DNA of 64,000 bases from Psammoneis japonica (Eukaryota): positions 1-64,000 of the forward strand of contig QPGO01000239.1 in assembly GCA_008632985.1 (NCBI GenBank), given 5' to 3'. Shown here in pieces: positions 13,078 through 24,193 of the stretch (position 1 is the first letter of the stretch; every line of letters starts with the position of its first letter). A program made the position numbers and the translations under genes. The notes under the pieces are model-generated. The model worked only from the letters and a program-made list of their open reading frames with translations, did not search any database and was not told the DNA's origin.

Positions 13078-13429
13078 TGTATTGGCTGTTGTAACACTTG
13101 CTTTTGTCAAGAATGTGACTGATTATCGTCTCGAGGTGGTGACTGGTCCCGTTTTTTCATTCACGCAAGATTTCAGATTCACGACTGAAAGCCACTCGCG
13201 CGCCAACACGTGTCAAGCGCGTTGTGATACAGCTCCGGGTTCTTTTGAAGTTTGCAGCCGTTGTGTTCTTTGGCATCTGCTCTGTAGAATTGTACATGAA
13301 AGTTGTACCAGAACAAAGACTTTCAAAACTATGAACACGAAGATGTTGATGGATCTTGCAGACACGACGGAACGCTTTTCTCACAAAAAAAGATTTGCGT
13401 CGTGACACCAACGAACGACGATTACGACG

Positions 13430-14849
13430 ATGAACCGTTCTTTCAACATGGTCCATGCTAGCATTATTGTCGCATTGCTATTGTCAACGCTTCGAGTAGA
13501 AGCCTTTGTTTTTCAATCACAAGTCCCCAGATTTCAAAAGACGTGGTCTTCTTCTTCGTTGGGAGCTGTATCCTTTGATCATCCAAAGTCCTCCTCCAAG
13601 ATTATTTCTGCACCCGAAAAACGATTCGATCGAACGGCATCACGAGAAGAAAGGGTGGAACAAGAATGCATTCTTACAATTGAAGGGACACGATACAACA
13701 TGACGGCGTGGGCCAAGGCTCATCCCGGGGGTGTTTCGATTCTCAAAAAGTTTCACGGAAAAGACGCAACAAAGGCTTTTCATGCCGCAGCGCATTCCAA
13801 GAAGGCATACCAAATGCTTTCTCAATTTGCAATTGATGACGTTGAGGCGACTGTTCAGCAAGATACCAATCAAGTTCCCCGGTGGAGACGAAAACTCTTT
13901 ACCAAAGAAGGTGAGATTATGCTTTCGAGTTTCGTGCTTGGGATAAAATCTAGCTTTTTCTTACCTGCATGCATTTCTCATTTTTTTCTATATAGACCCT
14001 ATTGGAGTGCACAAGTACCTTGGATTGTTTTGTTTGCTCAATTTTGCTTTTCGCTATGTACAAATGTATCTTGGTGACCCGTCGGCGGGTTTGGGCTCAC
14101 GCCTCGGCAAGGGTCCCGGTGTGGCGGCTGCCCTCTGCTTGATTCCGCACGCCATGCTGAGTCTGTCATCGCTCATTTTTCACACGGTCCCACGAGAACG
14201 TGTTGTGGGAAAGCCCATGATTTGGAAAGAGTTTCGAATGCACAATATTATTTTTGGCGTACGATCCGTGGTGTGTGCCGCACTAGCGTGGCTTTCGTAT
14301 TACACGTCTCATGCTCCAGCAATTCGCAAACTGGCTCTCGTTGGGAGTTGTGCGTCGGTCCTGATTGCCAATTGGGCAGCTGATTTGGGAACGGAAAAGT
14401 TGCGATCCAATTCGCTTGAATCCACCACGGCCACCATGCCTTATTGGGAGGGTTGTTCCAAGGAAACACAACGACGATTCAAGAGCTTCTACGCCTATTG
14501 TCAGTTTTTAGCAACCATGGCGTGCATGTCTGTTGGAAATCCGGCTTGGAGCTTTTCCGTCTTGATTGCTATTCAATTGGCATCGCTGCTCATGACGCTG
14601 GTTCGAAAGGGAATTATTTCAGCAAGGAGCTATCACATTGGCTACACCACCACGCTGTTGATGCCCTGGGTTGTGGGCATTCGCGATACATTTATAATGA
14701 AATCACCCGACTTTATCGCCTTGGCGGGTTTGGGATGGGTATTGTATCAGCTTCGGCGACGAGGAGTCAACAAGTACGCATTGTGGTTGCCGCTGTGTCT
14801 GGCTCGAGTGACCGTGGGAGACAGCATTATAAATTGGGCTGTGTGGTAG
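13430..14849 (+). CDS. Cytochrome b5-like heme domain fused to a multi-pass membrane domain, probably plastid-targeted; intron 13911-13995
   Basis: YNMTAWAKAHPGG...GKDATKAF..HS motif; GT..AG intron joins the two ORFs in frame (KE-DPIGVHK); signal peptide ending VEA-F followed by a Ser-rich transit-like stretch. Confidence 0.85.
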
Positions 14850-15197
14850 AAAAGGCTCTCTGCTCGAAGCGACGCTCGCCATTTTAGATTGAGCGCGATA
14901 TCGTAAACGTAAACTGTAGTAGCAAACGCAAAAGAGAGAAGATTCGAAACAAACTGAAATACTACTAAAATATTGTGATATCAACACTGCCGATGGATTT
15001 AAAGTCGAGCCAATCAACTCCAATCCAGCGGGTGGAACACAAAGGTGGAACGTGATAACACAGCCGAACAACAGACTGATCGAAGAGTCACGTATAACAC
15101 AGAGGCTTTTCCGACTTTCTGCGCTCACAAAGCAAAGGATCGAAGCGTAGCTCTGCGCAAAAGGAGATCGGAAAACAGAGATCCAGGCACTTGCGGT

Positions 15198-16187
15198 TTA
15201 GAGCGCCTTCATCTTCTCGAGAATGGATTCTTCCACTTGGCGGAGGTTGGCGACAAGGTCAGCGGCTCCCATTTCAGACGCTTGAGTCATCAAGGTACGG
15301 TTCGACATGAGCCGCTCTTGTAGCTCGCCCATGGACACCTTTTCTTCGGGAATGACGTGGACCTCAGAAGGACGTTGCATTGCGCGAAGCATTTCTTCCA
15401 CTCGACGGAGGGAGGCTTCCATGGTGTCCAGACGATTGTCGATGTCGTCTAGACGCGTCTCGACGCGGACAAGACGAGTCTCGACGTCGGTAAGACGCGT
15501 CTCGACGCGGACAAGACGCCGGTCCATATTGTTGAGACGCTTGTCCATATTGTTGAGACGTTCCTCCGTGGTCTGTTTGAACGCCTCCAGCTTGTCGTTG
15601 ACTGCGCCCACTTTCTTGTTGACCTCGCCGATCTTCTCCTCGATTCTACCGACATCTCTGCGCATGCCTTCGGTTTCAGCCTGAACCCTTGCAACATTGG
15701 CCTCGGTCTTTTTGCCAGAGGCAAAAATGCCAGCAGAGAGAAACGAGTGGGCAACCGCAGCGCACACTCCGGCTCCGGCTATGTTGCCAGTAACAGTCAG
15801 TCCCGCCGTCACAGCAGCAGTCGTGACACAGCCGCTGTAGAAAGCAAGGGTCTCGAAACTCCCCTTGGGTTCAGCGTCGCCGGTCTCGGTGCCGACAAGC
15901 GTAGATTCCACGTTGGTCGTCACTTCGGGTTCGATGACAGCGGGATCACAGCGGGATTCTTCGTCGCGAACGACAACGATCGAGGGCTTCTTAGCGGCGA
16001 CATCGTCCCTCTGTTCTTCAGGGTTTTGCTTCAAGACGTCACGCTGGGCTTCAGGGCCGTGCATTAGGACACCAAGTCCAGCGATGCCACGATCATAGCG
16101 CTCGAGATCACGGGAGACAAGAAGGCTGCTGCGTTCCGTTGGCAACTCGTCCTCGGGCAAAGGCTGTAGGTTATTTTGCAGATTCAT
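15198..16187 (-). CDS. Membrane-anchored heptad-repeat coiled-coil protein
   Basis: Ala/Gly-rich hydrophobic hairpin followed by 21-bp tandem repeats encoding RLNNMDK/RLNNMDR/RLVRVET/RLTDVET/RLVRVET/RLDDIDN/RLDTMEA. Confidence 0.75.
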   Translation of the reverse strand: MNLQNNLQPLPEDELPTERSSLLVSRDLERYDRGIAGLGVLMHGPEAQRDVLKQNPEEQRDDVAAKKPSIVVVRDEESRCDPAVIEPEVTTNVESTLVGTETGDAEPKGSFETLAFYSGCVTTAAVTAGLTVTGNIAGAGVCAAVAHSFLSAGIFASGKKTEANVARVQAETEGMRRDVGRIEEKIGEVNKKVGAVNDKLEAFKQTTEERLNNMDKRLNNMDRRLVRVETRLTDVETRLVRVETRLDDIDNRLDTMEASLRRVEEMLRAMQRPSEVHVIPEEKVSMGELQERLMSNRTLMTQASEMGAADLVANLRQVEESILEKMKAL

Positions 16188-16750
16188 CGTGGAGTCGTAG
16201 AAGCTCTCTCGTATGCGCGTAGAAGAAGGGAATGACAATGGAACGAGGCCTAGAGTTCAACGCCGTTAAGGGGAGGCAACAACGCGGTTGAGAATCATTG
16301 AATGCAATTGGACAGGAACGCCATGGTCAATCGTAGAGACGCGTGCACGATTCAAGAACTTACCGTTGAAAGAGACGAACGCAAAAACGCGATATGGAAG
16401 CGTGCTGTCGGAGCCGCTGTCGTCGTAGATGGAAGGGTTAGAAGATGAAATGCAACAGCCGAGTGTGTTGCCGATCTACAGAGTACGGGTTGGGAGTCAA
16501 TGACAAGAGCTGTGGATGCCGTCGTTCGTTGCTTTCTTTGACGAGGAGTCGTCAATGCACAAGAATCAGAATTGTGTGCTCGTTCCAGGACTGCCTTGTT
16601 TTGCATCGTTTGAATCCCTTCCACATCTTTGTACCAAGCACCCCGTGAGCTTTTACGAGTGCCGTGGGTTTCAGTATATAACCACGTTCATTGCCGACCT
16701 TGGTTTCTCAACCTGGTACAAAATCGCGTGGAATCTACGAATTCCGGCGC

Positions 16751-17218
16751 CAACGGCAAATCAGACTCTCTGCGTAGAATCCACAAGGATGAGTACCAAT
16801 TCCAAAAGTAACGGCAGATTCAAACCGTGGACCCTGTACAATCTACGGAGAATTGATACTGATTCCGATGATGACCGCTCTTGAAGCGAGTGACGCACGA
16901 TGCTGCGACAACGGCAGATCAAACTTTCTGCGTAGAATCCCCAACGTGACTACCAATTCCGAAAGTAACGGCAGGTTCAAATCATGCAATCTGTACAAAC
17001 TACGGAAGTGATACTGATTCCGATGATAACCGCTCTTGAAGCAAGTGACGCACGACGCTGCTGCAACGGCAAATCAAACGTTCTGCGTAGAATCCACAAT
17101 GATGAGCACCGATTCCGAAAGTAACGGCAGATTCAAACCATGGAACCAGTACAAACTACGCGAATGATACTGATTCCGACGACAACCGCTCTTGACGCGA
17201 GTGATGCACGACGACGTC
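16751..17218. repeat. Three tandem copies of a ~157-bp unit
   Basis: Units start CAACGGCA(A/G)ATCA at about 16751, 16909 and 17065 and share CTGCGTAGAATCC, AAAGTAACGGCAG, TGATACTGATTCCGA and ACCGCTCTTGA. Confidence 0.92.
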
Positions 17219-18410
17219 AGCATCATGTTGGCGGGCTTTCGATAGTGGAGGGAGATTTTGAACACGGCATTCTGTGAGCATCACAAATTGAAAATCATCG
17301 GCATGGAATCACTAGAGCATACAAAAACAAACAATAACAAGTCAACTTACGATTTGAGTCACTGGAGTTTATTTTTATTTTTCTAAGGTACAGTGCGGCG
17401 CTCGCTCTTCCGAAAGCTCTCTAGATACGCGGTTCACCTCGTAGTTTCACTCTCTCTCTCTAGCGATTTCGCTCAGTTTTAGGCCATTGTTTCTTCTCGA
17501 CTCCATCGCTGCAAACTCTTCACTCGTTGCATTAATGCGATATAAGCAATGTATGTTGTGACTGCTAGAGATCATCATCGTGCTCAACAACGTGGAAGAC
17601 TCCTCATAAGAAAAGGTCTGGCGCATGGCGTGTCTGTTGACGGTTGACGCACAGGAAGAAGAGACCACAACATTGTTTTTTTATCAAGTCACGAGAAACC
17701 GTGTGCGGTTGCTTGGAGTGGGTCATAACTGTATGCCGAACAAAATACTCCCGGTGTGACAGGGCGGGGATCGTTGCGCTTGTCGACGCCATTTCGCCGT
17801 TCATATCATGTGCGGTTCGTGGGTGTCATGGTGTGATGCTTGATACTCCAGGCTCCAGGCTCGGCATCGATCGCAGGCGCGCGCATTTGCACACTGGATA
17901 GCCTACACTGTACTGTCGTACGGTAGGGCCCTACACAGGTTCAAGGTACCCGCCATACCTACATTACGATACCTTGAGCACCCCCCTGGCTACGCCACTG
18001 TATGGCGGTCGGGCCGTCGGGCTTCTACTATGTTAGTTATGTAGAGTACAGTAGAGAGCACATAACTAACTACCGTACTAGCTAGAGACGAACTGGACAT
18101 GGCTGAAGTTTATGCATTGGATCTCCGTTCAACTTTGCTAAATTTAGAGCACTGTCGTACCGATCTCGACTTGAAATTCATCTTTCGCAACCACAAACAC
18201 GTTCTGGAACTCGATCCTTCTAGGTCAGGCACAATGACGACGATCATCGTACACTGTAAGTACCAAGGATTATTGCGATAAGGGAAAAATTGGCATTCAT
18301 TGAATCAAGCGCTTTGGCCATGGCAACTTGCCCGTGGAGAGCAAAAACAACGGTCGCAACTACAAGTGCAACGCCCACGCCGACAATGAGAATGCCTTCA
18401 AGATCCACGG

Positions 18411-18805
18411 GACCATTTAGGAAAGGCTGTAGCAGCTTCTTGGAACCGTCTAGGAAAGGCTTTAGCAGCTTCTTGGAACCGTCTAGGAAAGGCTGTAGCA
18501 GCTTCTTGGAAACCGTCTAGGAAAGGCTTTAGCAGCTTCCTGGAACCGTCTAGGAAAGGCTTTAGCACCCTCCTGGAACCGTCTAGGAAACGATGTAGCA
18601 GCTTCTTGGAACCGTCTAGGAAGGCTTCAGCAGCTTCTTGGAACCGTCTAGGAAACGATGTAGCCGCTTCTTGGAACCGTCTAGGAAAGGCTGAAGCAGC
18701 TTCTTGGAACCGTCTAGGAAAAGCTGTAGCAGCTTCTTGGAGCCGTCTAGGAAAGACTTTAGCAGATTCTTGGAATCGTCTAGGAAAGGCTGTGGCAGCT
18801 TCATG
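18411..18805. repeat. 33-bp minisatellite, about 12 copies
   Basis: Consensus TTCTTGGAACCGTCTAGGAAAGGCTGTAGCAGC; one +1 indel (~18511) and one -1 indel (~18621). Confidence 0.95.
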
Positions 18806-20537
18806 GGGTAAGGGTGGGAGTTCAGGGATCGGCAAAGTTTGCTTGCTTTGACGGGGTGTCGTCTTTGTCTCAAAGAAGAGCCGTGATAAGAAACTGTGTG
18901 CTCAGGCTTTTGTCGCCGCGTTCCACGTCTGGTCCGTTTCTGGGTCCTCAGTATACAAGCCTTGTGGGTTTTACGAGTTTCGGTGGCCACAAATCCGAAC
19001 CATGGTAATCGTATAAAGATCTCGAAGATGTCAGGTTTGACAAAACCCTTCCTGGCGGATAAACACGACTCGTCAGATTATGGGGAAACAGGAAGAAAAT
19101 TCTGAACTCGGTGAATGTAGAATTCTGAAATCGGGGGCATAGCGAAGTCGTTATGAATGCATTTTAAGCGCTGATGGTCAATAATGCCTTCTCGACACCA
19201 TCGTTGCAATTGTTTGTTTCGCGACGATAGTGTGATAGATGGACGTCGTGGTCGTGGACGGGCTTGAGAAATGAGAAATCCACATCTTGCTCAACGGGGA
19301 AGTCGCTCACAAAACTTCATGGTGTCTGATATTTCGCACCAATTCTTGATGTTAGAGAAGAGACCATACTTTTAGCAGCACGTTAAGGTGGTGTGCGGTA
19401 GATCGTCGTGCCAGATGCTGCCGTGTCGGTCATGGTGGATGCATGACGGGTCTGGGTCTGGGACGATGCGGAGCGCGAGCGGGCAAGCAGCAAGACGGTC
19501 AAAACGATAACGGCCCAAAAAATAGACGCGACCAACTCGATTGAGATCAATGACGCTGACGACGACGCTGTTTTGTGGGCTTCTGTCTGCCTCTCTCTAC
19601 GTACTCTCTACTCAAGCTACTCTCTAGAGAGTAGTAGCTAGCTACTCTAGTAGTAGAGAGCTAACTAGAGGTACTAAGAAGGAGCTAGAGTAGAGCTCTT
19701 CTGTACTAGTAGCTAGTAGAAGTAGGAAGAAGAGTAGCTACCGATCACTGTTTAGACGAAGAGAGGGAAGTAGGCTGAAGCGAAATTGATTCTCCATTTT
19801 TTTTTGTTTTAGTTTAAGAGTCTCTATCGTCCATCTCGTGTTCTGCGATTCTTTTTCGTTTTCATCACCTCTTTTGCCGGTCCAAGATTATTCCGGAAAA
19901 GACAGCTGTGTTGCCCCATAAAGCGAGTAATGTCGCTGCGGCAATACTGCCGTGGAGAGCCACAACAATCCCAACAGCTCCAACTGCAACGCTTGCAATG
20001 ACGTGAACACCGTCGAGACTCATGCTTGTCAAAGAGGATGATATGAAGTAGTCCAGGAAAGGGCGTCACAAATCGATGGGGTGGGAACTTGAGGGAGTCG
20101 AGCGATCGACAAAGAGTGCTTGGCTAGCTTCACTAGGTGTTGTTGGTGCGACAACGGTAAGTCGTCAAAAGTTGTGTCCTCTCGGGCTTTTTGTCGCGTT
20201 GTTTTGTGTGGTCTCGTTCGATTGAGCGGGTTGCCTTCCACGGCAATGATACGGATTGTGACGGTAACGGCAACCCCGAACGACGGCAATCGTACAGACA
20301 TCTCGAAGATGTCAGGTTTGGCGAAAACCCTCTCTCCCGGGTGATATGCACGACTCCGTCGTTGGTGAATTCCATCAAGCTCCTTTGAAATGATTGACAA
20401 GGTCAAGTCACTGTGTGGAAATTGAAGGCTGTTGCAAAGGCCACGTGTAGGAGAGAAAGCGGTCGCACCCTGGTGTTTCAATCACGTGTCGCCATCGACG
20501 CCGGTCCATTGAAAGCTCTTGCTCCCTCGTCCGTTCA

Positions 20538-21416
20538 TTAAAACAAGGATGTATTTTCGACACCAGCCTTGTAGAATTCCTCGTCATGACAATCCCAAAC
20601 CGCGTGATACATGTAGAATGGAAACGTAGGGTACAAGTGGTGAACCACATGAGCGTCTTGTTCCGCCGTGACGATTCTCAAGAGAATGGTCGAGAATGAA
20701 GCACGGTAGCGAGTCGTCGATCCACCCCGAAAAAGTCTTACAATACGCTTGGTCGCCTTGTATGGATCTATACTTCGCTCCATTGCTCCCTTGTGAGGCA
20801 CATAATCAAAGCTGTAGGCGAGCCACAGCACCGCGAGGCGCTGCGGAAGCAACGCACCCAACATCACGGCTCGAGCTCCAACAATTCCAACAAGCGCCGT
20901 CAAACCCACCAAGAGCAACACAAAGTTGCCCATAGTTTCGTAAAAGACTTTCTTGGGAACATTTTGGCGGTTTCGAACAAAGTACACATAATAATAAAAC
21001 TCCGCCGATAGCCAGCACCAAAAGCCCCCTTGAGTGTAGTGATCCGGATCGAGTTGTGCATTATTGGTGTGCTTGTGATGGAGCAAATGCACATGACGAA
21101 AAGCAACAAAGGGCGACAATAGTGGAATGGCACAGATTCGACCGGTTGATTCATTCAAGAATCTAGCAACTGGCGTTTTCTTGCCAATGGCCCAATGCGA
21201 AGCGTCGTGTGCGGAAGTGAAGCATCCAAAGGCGGCACACGACGAGAGCAACACGCAGACTGGCTCTGACAATCTGTCTCGATGTAGCCAATAAAAGCTA
21301 GCAACCCACAAGGACACGGCGGAGACGGCAAGAAGAACGGTAGGCCAGGCAATGATTGGGACTGCTTCCAGCTCGTTGGCATTCAATCGAACTGGGTTTG
21401 CTTTTCTCGGTGGCAT
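20538..21416 (-). CDS. Membrane fatty-acid desaturase superfamily protein (CrtR beta-carotene hydroxylase-like)
   Basis: Three His boxes HDASH, HLLHH and HVVHH plus DYVPH; hydrophobic helices; intronless. Confidence 0.85.
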   Translation of the reverse strand: MPPRKANPVRLNANELEAVPIIAWPTVLLAVSAVSLWVASFYWLHRDRLSEPVCVLLSSCAAFGCFTSAHDASHWAIGKKTPVARFLNESTGRICAIPLLSPFVAFRHVHLLHHKHTNNAQLDPDHYTQGGFWCWLSAEFYYYVYFVRNRQNVPKKVFYETMGNFVLLLVGLTALVGIVGARAVMLGALLPQRLAVLWLAYSFDYVPHKGAMERSIDPYKATKRIVRLFRGGSTTRYRASFSTILLRIVTAEQDAHVVHHLYPTFPFYMYHAVWDCHDEEFYKAGVENTSLF

Positions 21417-21913
21417 GTTTTCAATTTCAAAATTTGATTTTTTCGCAATTCTTCCAAGCTGGCGTCTCTGAGAAAAGACAGTACAATGTAGCTCTCTCTA
21501 CTAGCAACGACAAATAGATAAGAGTCGATAGCGTTTCTTACAGATATTTGACAGGACAGCTTGGGTTCTCGTTGTTGCTGTCTCAACTAGGAACATGATT
21601 TTGAGATTTGGTGCAGTGATGCATGATGATATTCAGTGTTCGCAAAGCGCGAAGGCTTTTTGATGCGTTGCCGTCGGTTCGCGAAAGGACCGCGCGCAAC
21701 TATCATGAGTAAGTCCCGAGTACGGTTTCAGAGTTTCAGTCACGAGGCATTTTCAAACACTGGTACTGATTTGCAGTACAAACCACGTAGAAATCTACAA
21801 GTCTGCGCCACAAAATTATGGCGCAGGCGCAGGCGCAGGCGGTGCCAACGGCCAAAAAACGCATGTGAAAAGCGAAACACAAAACAGATTGGCTCTGAAA
21901 GCACAACATCACC

Positions 21914-22969
21914 ATGGCAAACGACAACGACAACAGCAATAAGTACAACCGTCGTGGTCCCAACGATGGGGTATGGAGCAAAGCCTTCAAGGCACTTAAG
22001 GAATACAAGAAGAAGAATGGCCATTGCAACGTTCCGAATCGATACGAAACTCCAGACATGAAGAGCAAACTCGGTAAATGGGTATGCCGCCAACGCACCC
22101 TCTTTCGAAAGGGCGAACTACAAGACGAACGCTACGAGGCACTGAAAGAGATTGGTTTTGATTTCGAAAAACCGTCTGGTACAGTCATCAAGTCTACGAA
22201 TGATGCAGCATGGATTGAACACTATGAACGACTCAAGGCTTACACAATCTCTCACGGCAATTGCAACGTGCCTCATCATTACAAGCAAGACGTAGCCTTG
22301 GGCAAGTGGGTCGCCTTGCAGAGAAAGGTGCATTCCAATTGTCCCAGCTCTAACGTCAGTCGTATGGATAAGTGTTTAAGGGAAAAGCGAAAGAAACTCC
22401 TGAATTTGCTTGGCTTTGATTGGAGCATTCCTCCTCCGGCACTTCCCACCAGTGAGGAGGCGTGGGACGACTATTTCTCCAAGCTAACTGTCTTTTCCAA
22501 GAAACACGGTCACTGTGTTGTACCCCAACGTTACAAGGAAGAACCTTCGTTACGATCATGGGTGATGAACCAGCGTACTCTTGAAGAAAAGGGTACGCTC
22601 AGTCAAGAACGAAAGGCCGCTCTCGATTCGCTTGGCTTTGATTGGGGCGAGAATCCACGAGCGTGGAATGAACAGTTTCAACTGTTGAAGCGGTACAATG
22701 CAAGGCTTGATAAGGAATGCCGAGATAGTAAACAGAAACGAGCCTTGGAACGTTGGGTAAAGATTCAACGCAAGCTATATGAAGAAAACCAGCTAAGCAG
22801 TGCTCGCAAACAAGCCTTGGAGAATATCGGTTTTGATTGGGAAGGAAAAGAGGATGAAACTGAAGAAAGCTCCGTGAACGTTTCTTATAATAAAGAAAAC
22901 GAAAACACACTCAAGGCGCAACCCGTGCAGAGTGCAAAACAGGTATGGGCGAGGCTCCTCATTAAATAA
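21914..22969 (+). CDS. Helicase-associated (HA) domain repeat protein
   Basis: Repeats of W...L..YK...GHCNVP..Y....LGKWV..QR...R...L..IGF.W, about four copies. Confidence 0.92.
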   Translation: MANDNDNSNKYNRRGPNDGVWSKAFKALKEYKKKNGHCNVPNRYETPDMKSKLGKWVCRQRTLFRKGELQDERYEALKEIGFDFEKPSGTVIKSTNDAAWIEHYERLKAYTISHGNCNVPHHYKQDVALGKWVALQRKVHSNCPSSNVSRMDKCLREKRKKLLNLLGFDWSIPPPALPTSEEAWDDYFSKLTVFSKKHGHCVVPQRYKEEPSLRSWVMNQRTLEEKGTLSQERKAALDSLGFDWGENPRAWNEQFQLLKRYNARLDKECRDSKQKRALERWVKIQRKLYEENQLSSARKQALENIGFDWEGKEDETEESSVNVSYNKENENTLKAQPVQSAKQVWARLLIK

Positions 22970-23202
22970 GTCTAGGCAGCCAGCTTCTCCTTTGTCTCTA
23001 CTGTCTATTCTAGTGATACAACTGTGTTATTTATATAGAAAGGTACTTGTAATGCTCGTTCAGGCGGGATAAGTTCGTATCGTACGTGTGCGCCAAAACT
23101 GAAGTGGCGCTTCGCCAATTTGAATCGTGCTTTCCCAACAAAACCTGAATACTGAGTTTCAGATTTTTTCTTGTCTCTTGTCTCCATAACTTCGATTTCA
23201 CC

Positions 23203-24089
23203 ATGAGCCGTGTTTGTTGTAGCTGCAACCGTCACCTGACCATGGACTGTTTCTCCAAGGCTCAGTGGAGTAAAGGTATTGGATACAGTCACTGCCGCGG
23301 TTGCTATGGTGGACAAGGCGGAAGCGCCAATTCAACCGTCGTTGATGCGACTGTACCGCTCGCATGAACAACGCCACTCGTGCAGAGTTCCCCGGTGACG
23401 CTCTATGGAACCCCTTTGCCTCTGGGAGTTTTCGTTGGGTAGCCAAGGGAGTCTACACTGAAGGCAATCGAGCTGGATCTGCGTGTGTATGCAAATGGTT
23501 CAAGACTGGAGGCGTGATGGGGCACACTTTTACGACACGGATCTAATCACTGTCAAAGAAGCACTCTTTTTGATTACCAAATGGAATTCCAATCACTTCA
23601 TTGACAAGATGATCAGGCTAAATCAGCCAGAAGTTTGGACCTTTACTCACGATTGCCGTGGTGACATTGCAGGTCGCAAGGTGTTGCAGGAACCCTTTAT
23701 CGAAAACTATCAAAAGTTCAACTCTAACACGGGCTGGGCCGATGATAGTTTACCGTGGCCAAGAGTCATGCAAGCTCTATCGCATTTCACTTATCACATC
23801 ACCAACGGACAAATGGTTTTGTGTGACCTGCAAGGAGGCTTTTACAGCGACGGTGTGGTTTTGACGGACCCAGTCATCATGTCGAACGCACGCACGTATG
23901 GCCCAACGGATCTTGGGCGCAACGGGATCAGTTCTTTCTTTGCCCATCATCAGTGCAACGAATTTTGTCGGTCGGAGTGGATACGTCCTCGTAATGCCGT
24001 TCCAGTTTATTCAGGGCACGACTATGGAGCACGTTTCCACGGTTCGTTCCCGTCCAAGAATGACGCTTGGAAACATTTCTGAATATTGA
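23203..24089 (+). pseudogene. Frameshifted alpha-kinase (eEF2K/MHCK family) with N-terminal Stc1-like zinc finger
   Basis: MSRVCCSC...FSKAQW...CRGC (23203-), PFASGSFRWVAKG (23364-), EPFIENYQKFNSNTGW...QALSHFTY...LCDLQG...LTDP...GPTDLG..GI..FF..HQCNEFC (to ~24000). Pieces lie in different frames, with shifts near 23350, 23520 and 24010. Confidence 0.8.
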
Positions 24090-24193
24090 TTGCAGTCATC
24101 CAAAGAGGAACCCATCGCAATACGACGTTGGCTCTCCTTACCTACTTTAGCGTGTTAGTAGCCTAAGCAGATCAAACCGTAATAAGTATAAGC

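Noticed and set aside
18411..18805. Possible CRISPR array (33-bp periodicity)
   Set aside because: Units are contiguous with no unique spacers; no cas genes; eukaryotic context.
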